A model generated the notes under the pieces. The model was not told where the DNA came from. It worked only from the letters and a program-made list of their open reading frames with translations, and did not search any database. The position numbers were made by a program, and so were the translations under genes. A DNA stretch of 59,453 nt, counting the filler, from Diploschistes diacapsis (taxonomy: Eukaryota): the NCBI GenBank assembly GCA_023645945.1. It is 4 parts of 4 records of this genome, joined end to end, with 100 filler letters (N's around TTAATTAATTAA, not from the genome) between each part and the next. Parts side by side here need not be neighbours in the genome. Positions count along the whole stretch, not along the records: positions 1 to 14,806 come from JALAIB010000583.1; 3 more parts are not named here. One strand, given 5' to 3'. This document shows, piece by piece, positions 1 through 13,393 of the stretch (positions within the stretch are counted from its first letter, which is position 1; every line of letters starts with the position of its first letter).

Positions 1-153
1 CTTCTTATATATAATAGATAATTGAATGAAAAGTAATATTTTAAAAATAATATAAAAATAACGATTAATTTCGAAGAATTATTGAAGATTTAAACTATTT
101 CTTGGCAAAAGTGGCCGGAATCTGGGGGTGGCCGGAATCCCCGTGAAACACGT
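1..153. mobile_element. Right end of a degenerate Tc1/mariner (pogo/Fot1-like) DNA transposon; TIR ends ...GAAACACGT followed by TA
   Basis: 127-153 GGTGGCCGGAATCCCCGTGAAACACGT is the exact reverse complement of 14446-14472. TA lies immediately outside (154-155). Internal direct repeat GTGGCCGGAATC at 111-122 and 128-139. Interior is very AT-rich. Confidence 0.75.
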
Positions 154-155
154 TA

Positions 156-195
156 TAGTGTTTGTGTCCCTCTGTGGCACGAAACGGCCAGCTTG
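156..195 (-). mobile_element. Isolated terminus of a hAT-like element related to the 13422-14013 element
   Basis: Reverse complement reads CAAGCTGGCCGTTTCGTGCCACAGAGGGACACAAACACTA versus TAGGCTGGCCGTTTCGTGCCACGGTCACTGACACGGACACTA at 13422; 19-nt identical core. Confidence 0.6.
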
Positions 196-497
196 CATAC
201 AACATCATTCCTTGCTCAAGGCAATCGGTGGTCAATATTGACGGAACAAATTACGGCTAACGTTCTGCCGTCGATTTTATGGTGCTGGTTCAATTGTTGT
301 AATTGTTCTTTGCTAGTACTGCAAGGCCTCGGTAATTTATTCTACCATCTGGCGCAGCCTTTGACACTATAGACAGTGATATCGATCATTGCGTTTGAGT
401 TCATTAGTCCCCGCCAGAAAGCAAACGGCCGTCCTCGGAGGATTAAACGGTGTTGTGTACGAACCCCTGAAGATTCGAGAAAAGCCATCTAGCAATC

Positions 498-1335
498 ATG
501 GGTGCAAGTACGAAACGACGCGAGCTGAGAAGGAACAAGTTTGCTGTATCACAATCCACAGTAAATGTTCCGGACAAGTATTCAGACAAAGAACTCACAG
601 GCAATGACTATGTGCAAAATACTATCACCGTCACCGAGCCCCCTCTAAAAACTTCAGATACAGCCGACGATGAAACGGTAGAGTCTCCGAGGGTAAATGC
701 GCTACGCCGCGACAGAGATACGGCTGCTACGCATCGTTTCATCTGTTTCATTGGTAATCCATTCTCTTATTGCTACAAGCTTGGTTTTGAACCGATCAGG
801 CAATCTACCCTTTACAGCGACCACACAGACTATCGAGAAACATTTCTCTCCAGTGAAGCCAAGTTCCGTGCGACATAGAACGGAAAAGTCAACTTGCCGG
901 TCTAAAGGATTTGCCTTCCTCGAGTTTGACTCTTATTCGTGAGTTCAAAAAGGTAAGACGTGGACCTAATGATCGTTGATGCGGTGCAGACAAATGCAGA
1001 AATGCATCAGAAATTACCATCATTCAAACTTTTCAGATGGCCAGTCCGCAGCCAGAAAGATCAATGTGGAGTTGACGTGAGTGCCTACCGTCTTGGCTGT
1101 GCAATCTACCCACTAAACGAACGTATGAAACAGTGTAGGAGGAGGTGGGGCAAAGAGCAGGAACCGTCAGTTGAAATTGAGAACCAAGAATGATAAGCTC
1201 GGAAAAGAGAGGAAGAATCGAATCAAGAACAAAGCAAAAGCAGCATCGCAGCTTGAAGCTCAATTAGGCAGCCTCGCCCCAGCCACTGGTGAACAGGCCA
1301 TCCATCCCAGCAGGAGAAGCAGAGTGGAGCACTAA
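498..1335 (+). CDS. NOP6: Nop6-like nucleolar RRM protein (4 exons)
   Basis: Spliced product contains RFICFIGNLPF (RNP2), SKGFAFLEF (RNP1), RKINVELTVGGGG and a C-terminal IHPSRR motif. Three GT-AG introns; TAA at 1333-1335. Confidence 0.8.
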
Positions 1336-1672
1336 AGGATGATGTCACGAGATAGAGAGACAGAAGTCATGTAGGGAAAAGGGTTACGTCTGGGACTACA
1401 TTGAAAGTTATGGAAGGCTTGTGTAAAACGGGTTTGGGACTATCTTAACCCATGCGTCACGAGCCTGCTTCACCTCTTGAAGTCTATTTACAAAGGGTTG
1501 CTAAAAGCAACGCTCAAAGAAGTCGATATCTCAACGGCTCCTGAATCTATGGTATCACCAATGCAGTACCCTAAGATTCCCATACTCCAAACGCCGATGT
1601 CATCAAATCTCATTTTACTTAGTCCAAGGTCCCTTCTTTCAATTGGTGGAAAGCAACATGTGAACGAGTGAA

Positions 1673-2485
1673 TTAAAAGAGCAAGCATCTCTTTGGCTTC
1701 ACTTTACTGACTGGCTTAGGGCTAAGAACAGCGCTGTACGCCGATCAGTTGCTGTTGTACCAGTCGGGCATGAATGGGCTGGCGTTGCTCACCGTATGGC
1801 TTCATCAAATACACTTTTCAGATTTCTCTGATTAAGGGCCGAACACTCCAGATATTTGTGCGCACGAATTTCACGGGATGTTTGCAAAGCTTGTTCGTAC
1901 GAGACTGGCTCCATGCGCTTCTGCCTCAGATTGTCCAATGTTCCTTTGTCTTCTCTCAAGTCCAATTTGGTGCCCACAAGAATGATTGGCACGTTGGGTG
2001 CATGGTGTTCGATTTCAGGAAACCATTTTGCTTTGACGTTGTCGAAGGATGGAGGACTAACGATCGAAAAGCATATAAGAAATACGTCGGTCTGCGGGTA
2101 CGAGAGAGGCCGCAATCTGTCATAATCTTCTTGACCGGCTGTATCCCAAAGGCCTAAGCTAATCGGTTTGCCGTCTACCATAACACTGGCAGAATAATTG
2201 TCAAATCTTCAGAATAACTTAGCCTACGCCACCACTAACGCTTGAGCATCTTACACAGTAGGTATGTATTCTCCAGGAAAGGCATTGGTTGTGTATGAGA
2301 TTAAAAGACACGTCTAGCTGCTGTTGGTATTGCATATCAATATTTTTTTGATCATGAACTTGCCTTCCCAACCGCGCCATCACCAGTAACAACACACTGT
2401 TTTTGAATTAGTTATTATAATGATTACTCCGTGATTGGCAATGGAAACTTACCTTCAGTGACTGCGTTGCTGGCGCAGCGGCCAT
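1673..2485 (-). CDS. rac1: Rac-family Rho GTPase (5 exons; intron 2 is GC-AG)
   Basis: [84 protein letters not shown]... ending in a polybasic region plus CaaX (KPKRCLLF*). Confidence 0.97.
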
Positions 2486-2929
2486 TGATAGCTCTCTGAC
2501 AACTGACTGATTAGAGTAATTTGTCAGTGCACGGAGACTGGCCCTTTTCGAATTTTGCACGCCGTTATCAGCAACACGGAGTATCAACTGTTAAAGAGAA
2601 CAAGTCCGAACTTGCATGAGCACGTTCACGGCGGCGGAATTCGTAGTTCAGGGGATATGACCCAAAACAATGTATGTCTCAAGGTAGAAAGGGTGTAGCA
2701 TGTCAAGTGCCAAGGATTAAAAATGTCAGGATCGGATACAAGGTTATTGTTTTTTCCGTACCGCTACAGCCTTGTGTATTGTACTTAAACCACCCATTAT
2801 GCCTGCAAATGACCCTTTTTTAAGTCGCTGTGTCAATATGTCATTTTGCCCTTGAAGCGATAGAATGAAAAGTGCCATAGAACTTCTTAACATAATAATT
2901 CTGCATAAACTTTGTAGCCATAGCAATCC

Positions 2930-3480
2930 TTAGTGTGGTTTTCTGTCTCGGATCCGCTGTTCTACATATCTTTATAATATAATATCAGTATCTGCCAAAC
3001 AATATCCACTTATTTTACAATCTTAAATTTATCAAAGCGCATAATTATTAAACCTATATAAGATATCCTTTTTAAAAAACAGCTCCAAAGAAGCAAAGCT
3101 GGAAAAGAGTATAGCAATCACAAAATCCGCGTTAACACGTTCTCTGTGCCAAGGGTATATTGTTAGAAGGATTGCTTTTTTTTATTCTCTCTTTTTAATA
3201 AATAAATAGGGGTTCTTTTGGCGGCGTTGTCATTTTTTCCCTTTCGGAAACATCTTCCGCGGCTTTGTACCTAATCTTATCTTAATTGAATCTACAGGAT
3301 AAGAAGGTAAATAAAAATAAGAAATATTTCTTATAAAATTCCTCCTCTTATGTTATTATAATACTTGGTTTATATTATACAATAATCTTCTTTTGCCTCT
3401 GATTTTCATGCTTACGCCAAGAACGTCGAGATAATTTTGTTAACTTTTGCGACGTTTGGCAATCCTTCCCGCCCCCTAGG
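2930..3480. repeat. AT-rich degenerate repeat remnant in the rac1/RhoGAP intergenic region
   Basis: Abrupt AT enrichment with no ORF; no TIR or TSD that I could confirm. Confidence 0.35.
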
Positions 3481-3617
3481 TTTAGGAAATAGTTGCTGGA
3501 TCCTACAAAAACTGCTTTCGAGGGCAGGTTAATTGACTCTCTTTACCTGTTCGGCATCGTTCCAGTCTCTTTTCCATCCTTGAAGCTCTTGTATATCTCC
3601 AGCAAGGGAATTTTCCC

Positions 3618-6135
3618 ATGGCCGAAAGAGCTTCTTTTGAACGATCCTCCACAGAGATACCTGCCAGTCCTGTAGCTCCCGCAGGCCACTCTCCAGACGT
3701 AGGCATTGCCACGGTCGAACATGAAGCTTCAAACTCTCTATTTAATGATCTTTCAGCCGCGTACGATACCGTAGTCAGATCTGAAGTTTGTCTATCTTCC
3801 AAGTTTTACGCTCAATGCTTACAACACTAGATTGGCGTGAATACGCTCTTAGCACGCTTGAAGCAGAGCATAGCATCTGCAAGGGTGGGAACCCATATCT
3901 CGGTCCTTGCAAAGGCTAATTTAAGCTAGGATTTCGCGGCCTTCTTGAAGAAACGGTCTTCTATTGAGGAAGAACACGCTCAGGCGCTGAAGAAATTGTG
4001 TCGTAGTATCTCAGAATCTGCGCGGCGTCCTGACCATCGACAGGGGTCATTTGGGCGCAATTATGGAGATATGTCGAGTATACATGACAGGACGGCCGAC
4101 AACGGGGTGCAGTTCGCGTTATCACTGCATCAGATGCACGAGGATCTGCAAGAGCTCGCTGCAGAGAAGGAGAGGAAGAGAAAGGAGTGGAAACAAAAGG
4201 GTCTTAGCGCAGAGAAGAGGGTTCAAGATGCAGACACTGCTATGGAGAAGGCCAAGGTCAAATATAATTCCCTAGCAGAAGATTACGACCGTGCGCGAAC
4301 CGGCGACAAACAGCCAGGTCGATTTGGGCTAAAAGGTCCCAAGTCTGCCGCTCAAGTTGAAGAGGACCTTCACAGAAAGATGCAGGCCGCCGACTCGGAC
4401 TACTCTGGAAAAGTGCAAACCACGCATGCTCTACGGCAGGAACTAATAAACACATTGAGGCCACAAGCTGTGCAAGCAATCGAGCAATTGATAAATGAGT
4501 GTGACTCGGGGATAACTTTACAGATGCAGAAATATGGTAATTGTGCATACCCCTTCTCACCAATGGGACTTACTGTTCTAGCAACTTTCAACGAGAAATT
4601 ACTGCTCAGTAATGGACTCTGCATTAGCCCTATCAAAGCGCCGGAAGCCTCACAACGGTCCCAGACACGCAGTCTACGAGACGTTATCCGTGAAATCGAT
4701 AATGAAATGGATTTGAGAAGCTACGTCTCGGATTTTGCTTCAAGAGTTGGGCCAAGACACGCTGATTCTAGATATGAATCCTATCCTGTAGGTCTGATCG
4801 TATCTTCCTTGGCAAAAGCTGTTCTCGCACTTGCTGAACCTTCCAGACGACGCATTCGCAAATTGCAGCTCAGCCCTCCGTACAACATTCCAGTCAACTG
4901 CAAGGGACATCACATCTTGCGAGCCACAACCTCCAACGAGATCAATTCTCCTCAGCTCAGCGGTCACCCTCGCCCCAAGCCCAAGAATCCTCAAATATTC
5001 CTCCTCAGTTTGCGCTCACCTCAGACGGCATACAAACTTCCCCTTCAACGGCACATCCTACCCTCTCCTCTCCATACCAAGATCCTTACCAGCAGTCCTT
5101 AGCTCAGCATGCCATCTCCAACAACCCTCCGCCTATTCATCCATCCCAACAAGCTCCATTTAATTCGCACATGGCAGCCCAGCTACCTACTTCCCAGCCT
5201 CCGCATCCCCAGTCTTCTGCGATCCAACAGCAACCCCTAAGTGGCTCTCCTATAGCAGCTTCCAAGCAACCAGGCTTCGGAGAAATTGCTACTTCCCCTT
5301 CTAGGCCTGTATTCGGCATTTCCTTGGATGAACTCTTCTCACGTGATGGCTCCGCTGTTCCGATGGTTGTTTATCAATGCCTGCAAGCAGTTGATCTCTT
5401 CGGCCTCGATGTCGAGGGCATCTATAGACTGTCTGGCAACGCTTCGCATATTACTAAACTTCGCACTATTTTTGATCATGGTATGGGAATCGAACCCTTC
5501 TTAAAGCCTTATAACACTAAAGGCCTGTAGATGCCTCATCAGTCGACTTTCGAAACCCAGAGAACTTCTATCACGATGTCAACAGCGTCGCTGGCCTCCT
5601 TAAGCAGTTCTTCAGAGATTTACCCGATCCACTTCTGACCCGAGAGCATTATCAATCACTCATTGATGCCGCACGTAAGTTGTACGCCCTCTCCAGTTGT
5701 CACCGGTGGAACTGAATTCACTTAAGGCATTGATGATGAGGTTGCCCGAAGAGATAGTCTACACGCCGAGATCAACACTCTCCCTGATCCAAATTACGCA
5801 ACGCTGAGGGCTTTGACACTAGTAAGTCCAACTTCCCCGAATCTGGCGAGCAATTTTTCCCAACTTAGAAACTCCCTGGTCCAAGCAGTTGGCTAATGTT
5901 TTTAGCATCTACACCGAGTTCAAGAGCATTCAGACAACAATCGCATGAACGCGGGTAACCTTGCAATCTGCTTTGGGTAGGTCCCTTGCAAGCTGCTCAA
6001 TGCTTTGCGTTAACTATTTGTAGGCCGACATTGATGATCGGCGGTGGGATTCCCGCTATAGCTGATGCCGGTTGGCAAGTTCGTGCAGTGGACACTATCT
6101 TACAATACGCATTCAGCATATTTGATGAAGATTGA
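3618..6135 (+). CDS. RGD1: F-BAR (FCH) + RhoGAP protein, Rgd1-like (about 9 exons)
   Basis: N-terminal F-BAR ([31 protein letters not shown]), Pro/Ser/Gln linker, RhoGAP (PVFGISL...VEGIYRLSG...[15 protein letters not shown]...[16 protein letters not shown]). TGA at 6133-6135. Confidence 0.93.
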
Positions 6136-6938
6136 ACATCTACTGTGCAGCGATGATACATGATGCAAGAGTACCGCGCCTTTTCACCTACATTTACCAG
6201 TTGGATGATCAAGATAACGGCAATCCTATGTTGAGTCCATCATCCCTTCACTGAATGTATAGTACGTGGAAGCCCCTGCTGAGGTGCTGTAATTGGCGTA
6301 TGTATGTAAGAGAGATATGTGGACGCCTAATATAGCTAACCTGCCGCATCCATAGTTTGGTCTCTTCAAGACCAAGCGAGTCGTTTTCTTGTACCAATAG
6401 GTGCTTCCTTATTCTAGCACACTGTGAAGTAGATACTACTTTAGTCTCTTGCTTCCATTACCAGTTTTAATTAAATCACAAACTTGTCAGTCCATTCACG
6501 AATTTTCATGATGCTATAGTAGTCCCATTGCTGCCACTTACTACCTGCGTGACTACGTATATTGACCGTCCCCAGCGATTGCTACCAGCGCCAACCATAA
6601 AGGGGTGTTTTTTGACTGGAGGTCTTGAACACGTTTAGTAGTACACCCCAACCGTCTTAATTTGAGTGCACTTCAACCGAAGAACCTCTCCTTCCATTGT
6701 GCAACAAGTTCAACTATCCTTAAGCTTCGTATATGGGATGTTCCTAACACAAGTTAATCATCAGACACTTCCCTCATATATCACTGATGAGAGATAATCT
6801 GCTTATGGTCGGTTGGCGGTCGAGGAGCTCCTTGGATTCTAATGAGCGGTGATCTTAAAACAACAAGAATGAGTCGTCGGCCAACACAGATCTTCTGCAG
6901 CGAAAGCCGAACAACTATCCTAGGAGGATGTTTGCTTC

Positions 6939-9900
6939 TTACATGACCCTTTTTCTAGCTCCGAATAATGCGAGACTGAGACTGGTGTCATTCTCGTTGA
7001 TGGAAGGGGCAGCATCTTGGACCAGTTCCCAGCTCTTGAGGTAAAACGGCCGCATCCTTCCCGATTTCTGATCCGAAAGGAAATCTGGGGTTCTCAAACC
7101 TTCTGAGGATCGGCTGCTTTCTACCACTGACTGAAGAACCGCTCCATTTTCGTTTGCCGTAGGACCTAACAAAAACGTAATACGCTCATCATGTAATCCA
7201 TGCTCATCTTGAATTATATGGAAGCACCTTAGGCGGGCTTGATCTGTCAGAGGTTCGGAGACAAGCGCGATTGCGCCAAAGGTTCGTAAGGATATGCGGT
7301 CATGTGGCTGTATCATCTCATCGAGGAGGATTCTACTTAGTGAGACCGTGAGGCAGATTAGAATCTGCTGTGGTAGCTTTGGATGAAGGATTGGTCTTTC
7401 ATAGATCGAAATAAGCTGAAGGATAACCGCGAGCCTGTAATGCATGAGCGAATTTGTTGTGCACCACGGAAGTTTACAAACCACTGAAAGCAAGCCTCTG
7501 GTTTTGTTGAACCTGTTATCGACTCACTAAACCTCGATTTCGGAACGTGCGCTCGAAAAAGAAGGGTTTGAAATCTGACTGCAGTCTCCGCCAAATTCGA
7601 GAGGGCGGGAAACAATTCTTCACTCGGTATGGATCGCCGGACTGAGTCTACAATGTTTAGCAAGGCTATATGTCTGGTTTCACACTCATCGTTAGACTGT
7701 TCAATTTTTCCACAAAACCCGGGACTAGGCTCTTCAAGAACCAAGCTTTCCAAGGCAAGAGTATGCACCTAGAACATGTTCATTAGATTTCTTCTTATCA
7801 AAGTTTTCATCATGAGAATACCTTGATGGCTATGTTTCGGGGAAAACCCTCTAGCAGAGAGTTCCACACAGGAAGGAAATACTCGGCGAAAGAAGTCGCT
7901 TTTAGGAGAGTGGTTCTTGCCATGGAGTTCAAGTCGTTTTCACTGCACTTCGGTGAGTTGGGAGAATCTAGAAGTAGATTCAAGAAAAGGCGACAAAGGT
8001 GAACAACGACATAATCTAAGAGGTCAAGAACTTCCTCCCAAAGCGCTAGTAAGTCCTTATCGACTGTCTGCATGAGCAAAATGCCTTCAATATAAGCGAA
8101 CTGGATTACCTTGATGATGGGATAAACCGAGGGCATTTTGAATCATTTTCACTAGCAAGGTCTGTCCCGTAACCGATAGAGTACATTCATGTAACATCTG
8201 CATCGCAATATCTGAGCGCGAGATGTCCCAAATCACCTGTTTGAAATTCGCATCAGTCAAAATTTCTGTTGCTGTTTCCTGGCATGCTACATCCGACAAG
8301 GATATCACTTGGATCGTATTTCGAATGAAGACGGCAACTAGAACTGGCTGTGTCCGGGTCGTTCGCTCTATTTCTGTGTAGCAGCGATGGTACTTCTGTA
8401 TGAAGTCAGCAGCATAAAGTGGAAAATGAATGTGCCTGCAGGCCTACTGAATGGTGACAGTGTTCAAAGTTCCTGCCAAAAAGAGCCAGGATTGCAAGGA
8501 GCGATGATGTGGGAATGTGTTTGCTTTGACCGCTATCTGCAAGCAATTTTTTTATTAGAGACGGGAGCCGGATCAGCCCACGGCATAAGAACATGGCCAA
8601 AATCGCTCGAAAATCAAGAGGCCTTTTGCTTTGCAGAATGACCGCCAACCAAACAAGGAAAAGCTCTTCCACGTATCTGGAATCATGTGCATAGAGTTTA
8701 GCAAGAATATCAATGAGGCTTGCCATGGATGGAACGTTATGCATCCACGCAGCCTCGAGTCGCTCAGTGACATTGGTGAATATCCGAGATATCGTTGATC
8801 TATCGATTGCTGTATCGGTATTGTAGAGCAGTTCAAACTCTTCGAAGAACGAGAAATCTGGCTCTTGCGACAACTCGCCCATGTTGTCGGAGTCTGGCGA
8901 GCAGGCTGACCATGCCGGTTTGGGTTCGCACAGGATCAATTCTCTTTCAAGGATATTCAAGGTCTTCTTGCGCTTCGGAAACAATCGCGTTATGTCTATC
9001 AAAGCGGTGATTAGAGGCTTGTCAGGTCCAGATCGCGTTCTGACGTCTTGGAAGCGCTCTAGGACAACTTCATAGATGTCAGGGGCCGCGCCAATTGCAC
9101 GGAAGATTTCGAAGTGTTTGCTGCCAAGCTCGGTTATACCGGTTAGGAGTGACAGCTCACCAAAATGAGCGAAGATGCAGAGCACATCCGCAAGGAATGT
9201 ATAGTCCCCAAGTTGCTCTAATATAGAACACAGGAGGTTGTAATCACCAGAGTCTAGAAATGGAGGGGCGCTTTTCACTCTCTGGGCATGAGATATATTT
9301 GCACCATGAGCGGAGACAGAAGAGAGCAGTGAGCGTCTCATCCAGTGAAGGAGTTCGTACCTCGCTGGCAAAGTAAGGCGTCGCAGGTCCTCTATTGTTG
9401 TGTACCTCGGTTTCGATGCCTTGCTTGGCTGGAGAGGAAGGAACTTGAGATGTGATGATAAAATGTTTTTGGCTTGTGTAAGTTCCTGCGTATAGTCAAG
9501 GGAACTTCCATTGAATGGGGCTAAGATGGTATGATGAAGATTGAGGACGTGATCGGGAAGATCATAAAGGGGTATATTGCGAAGCATATCCATCAGAAAC
9601 TCCTGTCTCTGACACGGTTTAGCATAAGAAAGTCGGCACCGAATCAAAACTTACTCGAAATATGTGTGCTTCCTGGTCAGTTGCAGTACCATGAGCCATC
9701 ATCCACTGCAGTAATCTGGGAATCGAGAAGTGCCGCGAGCGAATCAACTCACACACTAGTTTGAAAATGTTCGGCCTATCAAACCTGCGCGGATAGAAGC
9801 ATTTTGGTATGGAGGAAAGAAGGGCTGGCTCTAAGTCGACGTAAGGAACTGTCCAGCCACGAATGAGACGCGCAGCTATATAGATTCGTGAACACCCGGG

Positions 9901-11760
9901 CCTGAAGCGGGTTGTTGCCCACTCTGCTGCTGTGCGTATCAAGAGTGTGCGGTCTTCCGTCGTACTGGAACATTTCTGTGCTATGGCGTTTACATCAGAG
10001 CCTGAATAAAAGGAGTCTAGAGTATTCAAAACTTGTTGCCTCGTATCGCTCTTTGCAGACTCTGCAGCGGTCCTGCTCACATAAGCAGCATTGCGCGCGT
10101 CGATAGCTGCAAAGCGGGCCACAAGCGCTGGATCTTCATCCTTGATATATATCTGCAGAGCCGGCCTAAATTCGGCCCAACGACTTGGGATAAAGAAACA
10201 TGCTGGACGCTCCAGCATAATGAAACGAAGAGCACTCCGTAGCGGTTGTAAGAGCAGCATCTTTGCTGCAACTACGTCCCTCGAATGCGCCGATTCGAAA
10301 GTCAGCTTGAACTTCAGTACTTGTGATTGCGCGACCAACCTTCGACAACTGGTTGACTAATGAGATGGCAAGGGTGCGACCCCGTCTCCAGTAAGCCAGC
10401 ATATCGGACCAAAACATCTTCACGAGCAGAAGCCAGAACGGCAGCTGTGTAGCTGATGATGCGTGTAGCGATAGAGCCATCCATCGTAGAAAATGCTCCT
10501 GGTCCACAAGGCCTTCAGCATATATGCTCGCTACAAGCTGGAGTCTAGATTATGGCATCAGACCTAAAGAGGATAAGGTCAGGATTGGCCAGAACATACC
10601 CGTAAAGAAGATCGTTTTTCCAACTTGCAGTACCGCATTCTTCGACCAAGCCTTCTAGGAACTGTTCAATACTGACTGTCCAATCCTGAATCCACATAGC
10701 TTCGCCACCAGAGGCGAATGCACCAGTAGTTCCTTTCCTCTTGAATGCGCGGATTTCATTAGCGCCGACACATTTTGCTAGCCATACTGTCCTCCACGGC
10801 GGAATCTTCTTCACAAGAGCTTGGTCGAGAAGCGTTTTACCTCTAATGCCGTGGGGAATGGTCCTACTTAGACGTCGCAATGGAACACTCGCATCCCCGA
10901 GATCCCTAAGCCATACTTCACGCTTGGCCTCTGTCAAAGTTGCCCGGGGCGGAGGCTTGAAATTGCTCTTTGGTGCGATGGTAGAGTAATCTCGACGTTG
11001 ATCCAAAACAGAGACATAGAGGGCAGAGAGTATCTGCACGCCAGAGTTATGTTTTACACTTGGCCAGATTGAGGAACGTGCCGAATTCAGCTCGTTTTGT
11101 GAAGCCAACGTTCTATCGTAATACCCAGACTTAATAGCGTGTCCGCTTAAATCGTCCTCCACGTGATTTCCGGCCCATGGGAAGAAATCACTCGGCTCTG
11201 CTCGCCAGAATCAGCCATGCTCTATATTTGTCGAGCAGTGTAGGCGCCCTTGTAAACTTACCTTTACTAGGGTACCTTGACACAGTCTTCGGAGAGCATA
11301 GCGTATACGGTCTAGGTTGAACAACTCCGCTCGGCTGCTTGTTGTTCCTTCGAGCCGAGTAGCTTTTGCCGTGCAAGTTCGTGCCAGGCCGCGGCGGAAA
11401 CGGTGAGTGGAGCGTTGCCACAGTCTCCGATCCGGAATGCCGTTTCTCTTCCTCCAAGGAGTTACAAGGCCATGCGTATGACAGCACTTGCCCTCCAGCT
11501 GCTTTTCCTGGCTGCTCTTCTTGCCTTGATCCGTCGTCTAAGCCACCTGGCAACGCATGTAATCTTTGCTTCTTGGCTAGACGTCCTGCAAGTACTTCTT
11601 GCGTAGAGCGTTGGCTCCGGTCCAGAGACAGCTGCTGCGAAACAGTTACCGGTCGCTTGCCTATGATCTGAGATGAGGAGCGAACCGGCGTCCGAGCTGC
11701 TTCCGAGAGCGTAGTAAGATGAGGCGTTTGCCAGGGCCTTTCGGAAGGAGAATCATTCAT
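6939..11760 (-). CDS. SRB8: Mediator kinase-module subunit Med12/Srb8 (multi-exon)
   Basis: Med12 domain FKPPPRATLTEAKREVWLRDL...PLRRLSRTIPHGIRGKTLLDQ...RTVWLAKCVGANEIRAFKRKG, preceded by DFFPWAGNH. Long helical body across ORFs 10545-11162, 9619-10338, 8406-9647 and 6939-7493. Start ATG assumed at 11760. Confidence 0.9.
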
Positions 11761-13074
11761 GTTTTGTTCATCGTGCGCTGAGGTTCCGCCCGTACAAATC
11801 TCGAAAAATACATCCAAGAGCACCCGGATTTGTGTCGTCGACTCGGAAAGAAGGGAAAGTGGTACTAGCTTCTGTCAATAAGTGACAATTTGTCCGGCAT
11901 CCGCGACATTTTAGAAGCTGCAGAACTCGCCTGTCATTGAGCTCTATTGCCCCAAACCATATTGTAAGAAATGACTTCGCATACAGCCTCCAGCCTGGTC
12001 CAACAGTTAGATCGCCCCACTCACTTTAGCGCTTTAATCCTTCCTTTTCCACCTCATCACCTCTAAAACTAAGTGGGACGTGCTAGCAAATGGACACGGC
12101 TGAAGGTTTGATAATGCATTGTTTCTTTCACTGTTAGAACGACTTTTTTTTATCGTGGTTCACTACCTAGAGTTTACTGTTCGGGCATAGCATCTATGTA
12201 AGTCCAACATCAATCTATGGTATCTAGGATAGGGCTCGATATTTTCTTACATGCACCGCAGAAGCTGTGATGGCCTCCAGAAAGGATATGCGGAGACCTG
12301 CTCTAGGTATTAAATCTGTTTCATTCCACCTCCCTGATCGTCTTCCATGAGACAGACCTCCAGTGTATTCACAACGAAAACTGACGGTTGCTCAAAGTTG
12401 TCCCATACGTTTTACCCTCAAAGAGCAAAGATTCTACCGATATGTCTAGTATTAGCACGCTCTGAATTTGTTAACAGGATTATCTGAGTGCGGTACAGGT
12501 ACTTTGGCTAGCACTTTACCTATGGCGGCCGTTCGTGTTGACCATTATGTTCGGGGGGGCTCTGCTAACTTCGACAGATGTTCACAAGAAACAAGTAAGC
12601 TGTGTTACCAGTTTCACTCGCCACTGATAGGTTATTCAACTCACTCTTGCTAGGCTAATGGGCTGGTGCGTCTCCATGGAAGTCATCGTTATCTCAACGT
12701 GCCCTGCTGAAAGGCGCGATAGGGCCGCAGTAGTCTTTACATTGCAGAATTGGCTCGCGGAAACTCCTGAGCAGTCGTCAAATTCGGGCACACCAGGCTA
12801 TCTTAGCGTCGGCATGTCTGGTACGTCGTGCTCAGCTGTACAAAGGGTTGGGGACACCACAGTTGGCTAACTTGGGCGTGCTCTCGCTAGTGATGGCTGT
12901 TGCCGTAGTATGTATTATCGACTCTTGCTCCAAAAACCATCTAATCAGGATAGTCTTATCTTCCCCTCTTTCTACCGCCTCAACCAAAGCTAGGCTGAGC
13001 TCCTACGCAGGGTGCAGCTTGACAGCTAGTACATCGTCGGGCAGTACATGACCGACTCCATGAGCGACAACAAG

Positions 13075-13336
13075 TGTTGTTGTAATGTACTATATATCTA
13101 CATAGTTAACATATCTATTTGTTTAGGGATAAAATGATAGGGACACTATAGAAGAGCAGATCTCCCAGCGACGTGATGCCTAATCAGTTGAGTGGTCTTC
13201 AGGTCTTGAATTGGATAATCACGCAGCTTAGGCGTGTGCTAAATAATTCTTCTATTAGACCGATTCACCTATACAGCACAACTCGAACCAGTTGATACTA
13301 CACTGCTTTAGATCTATACATCACGGCCCTGCAACA
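13075..13336. mobile_element. Possible solo LTR
   Basis: About 260 bp bounded by TGTTG...CAACA with TATA-like tracts; no matching target-site duplication found. Confidence 0.25.
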
Positions 13337-13393
13337 AACATCGTAGATTTGGAACGTAGATTTCCGTTACTGACAAAGCAGGCGTAGTCGTTA

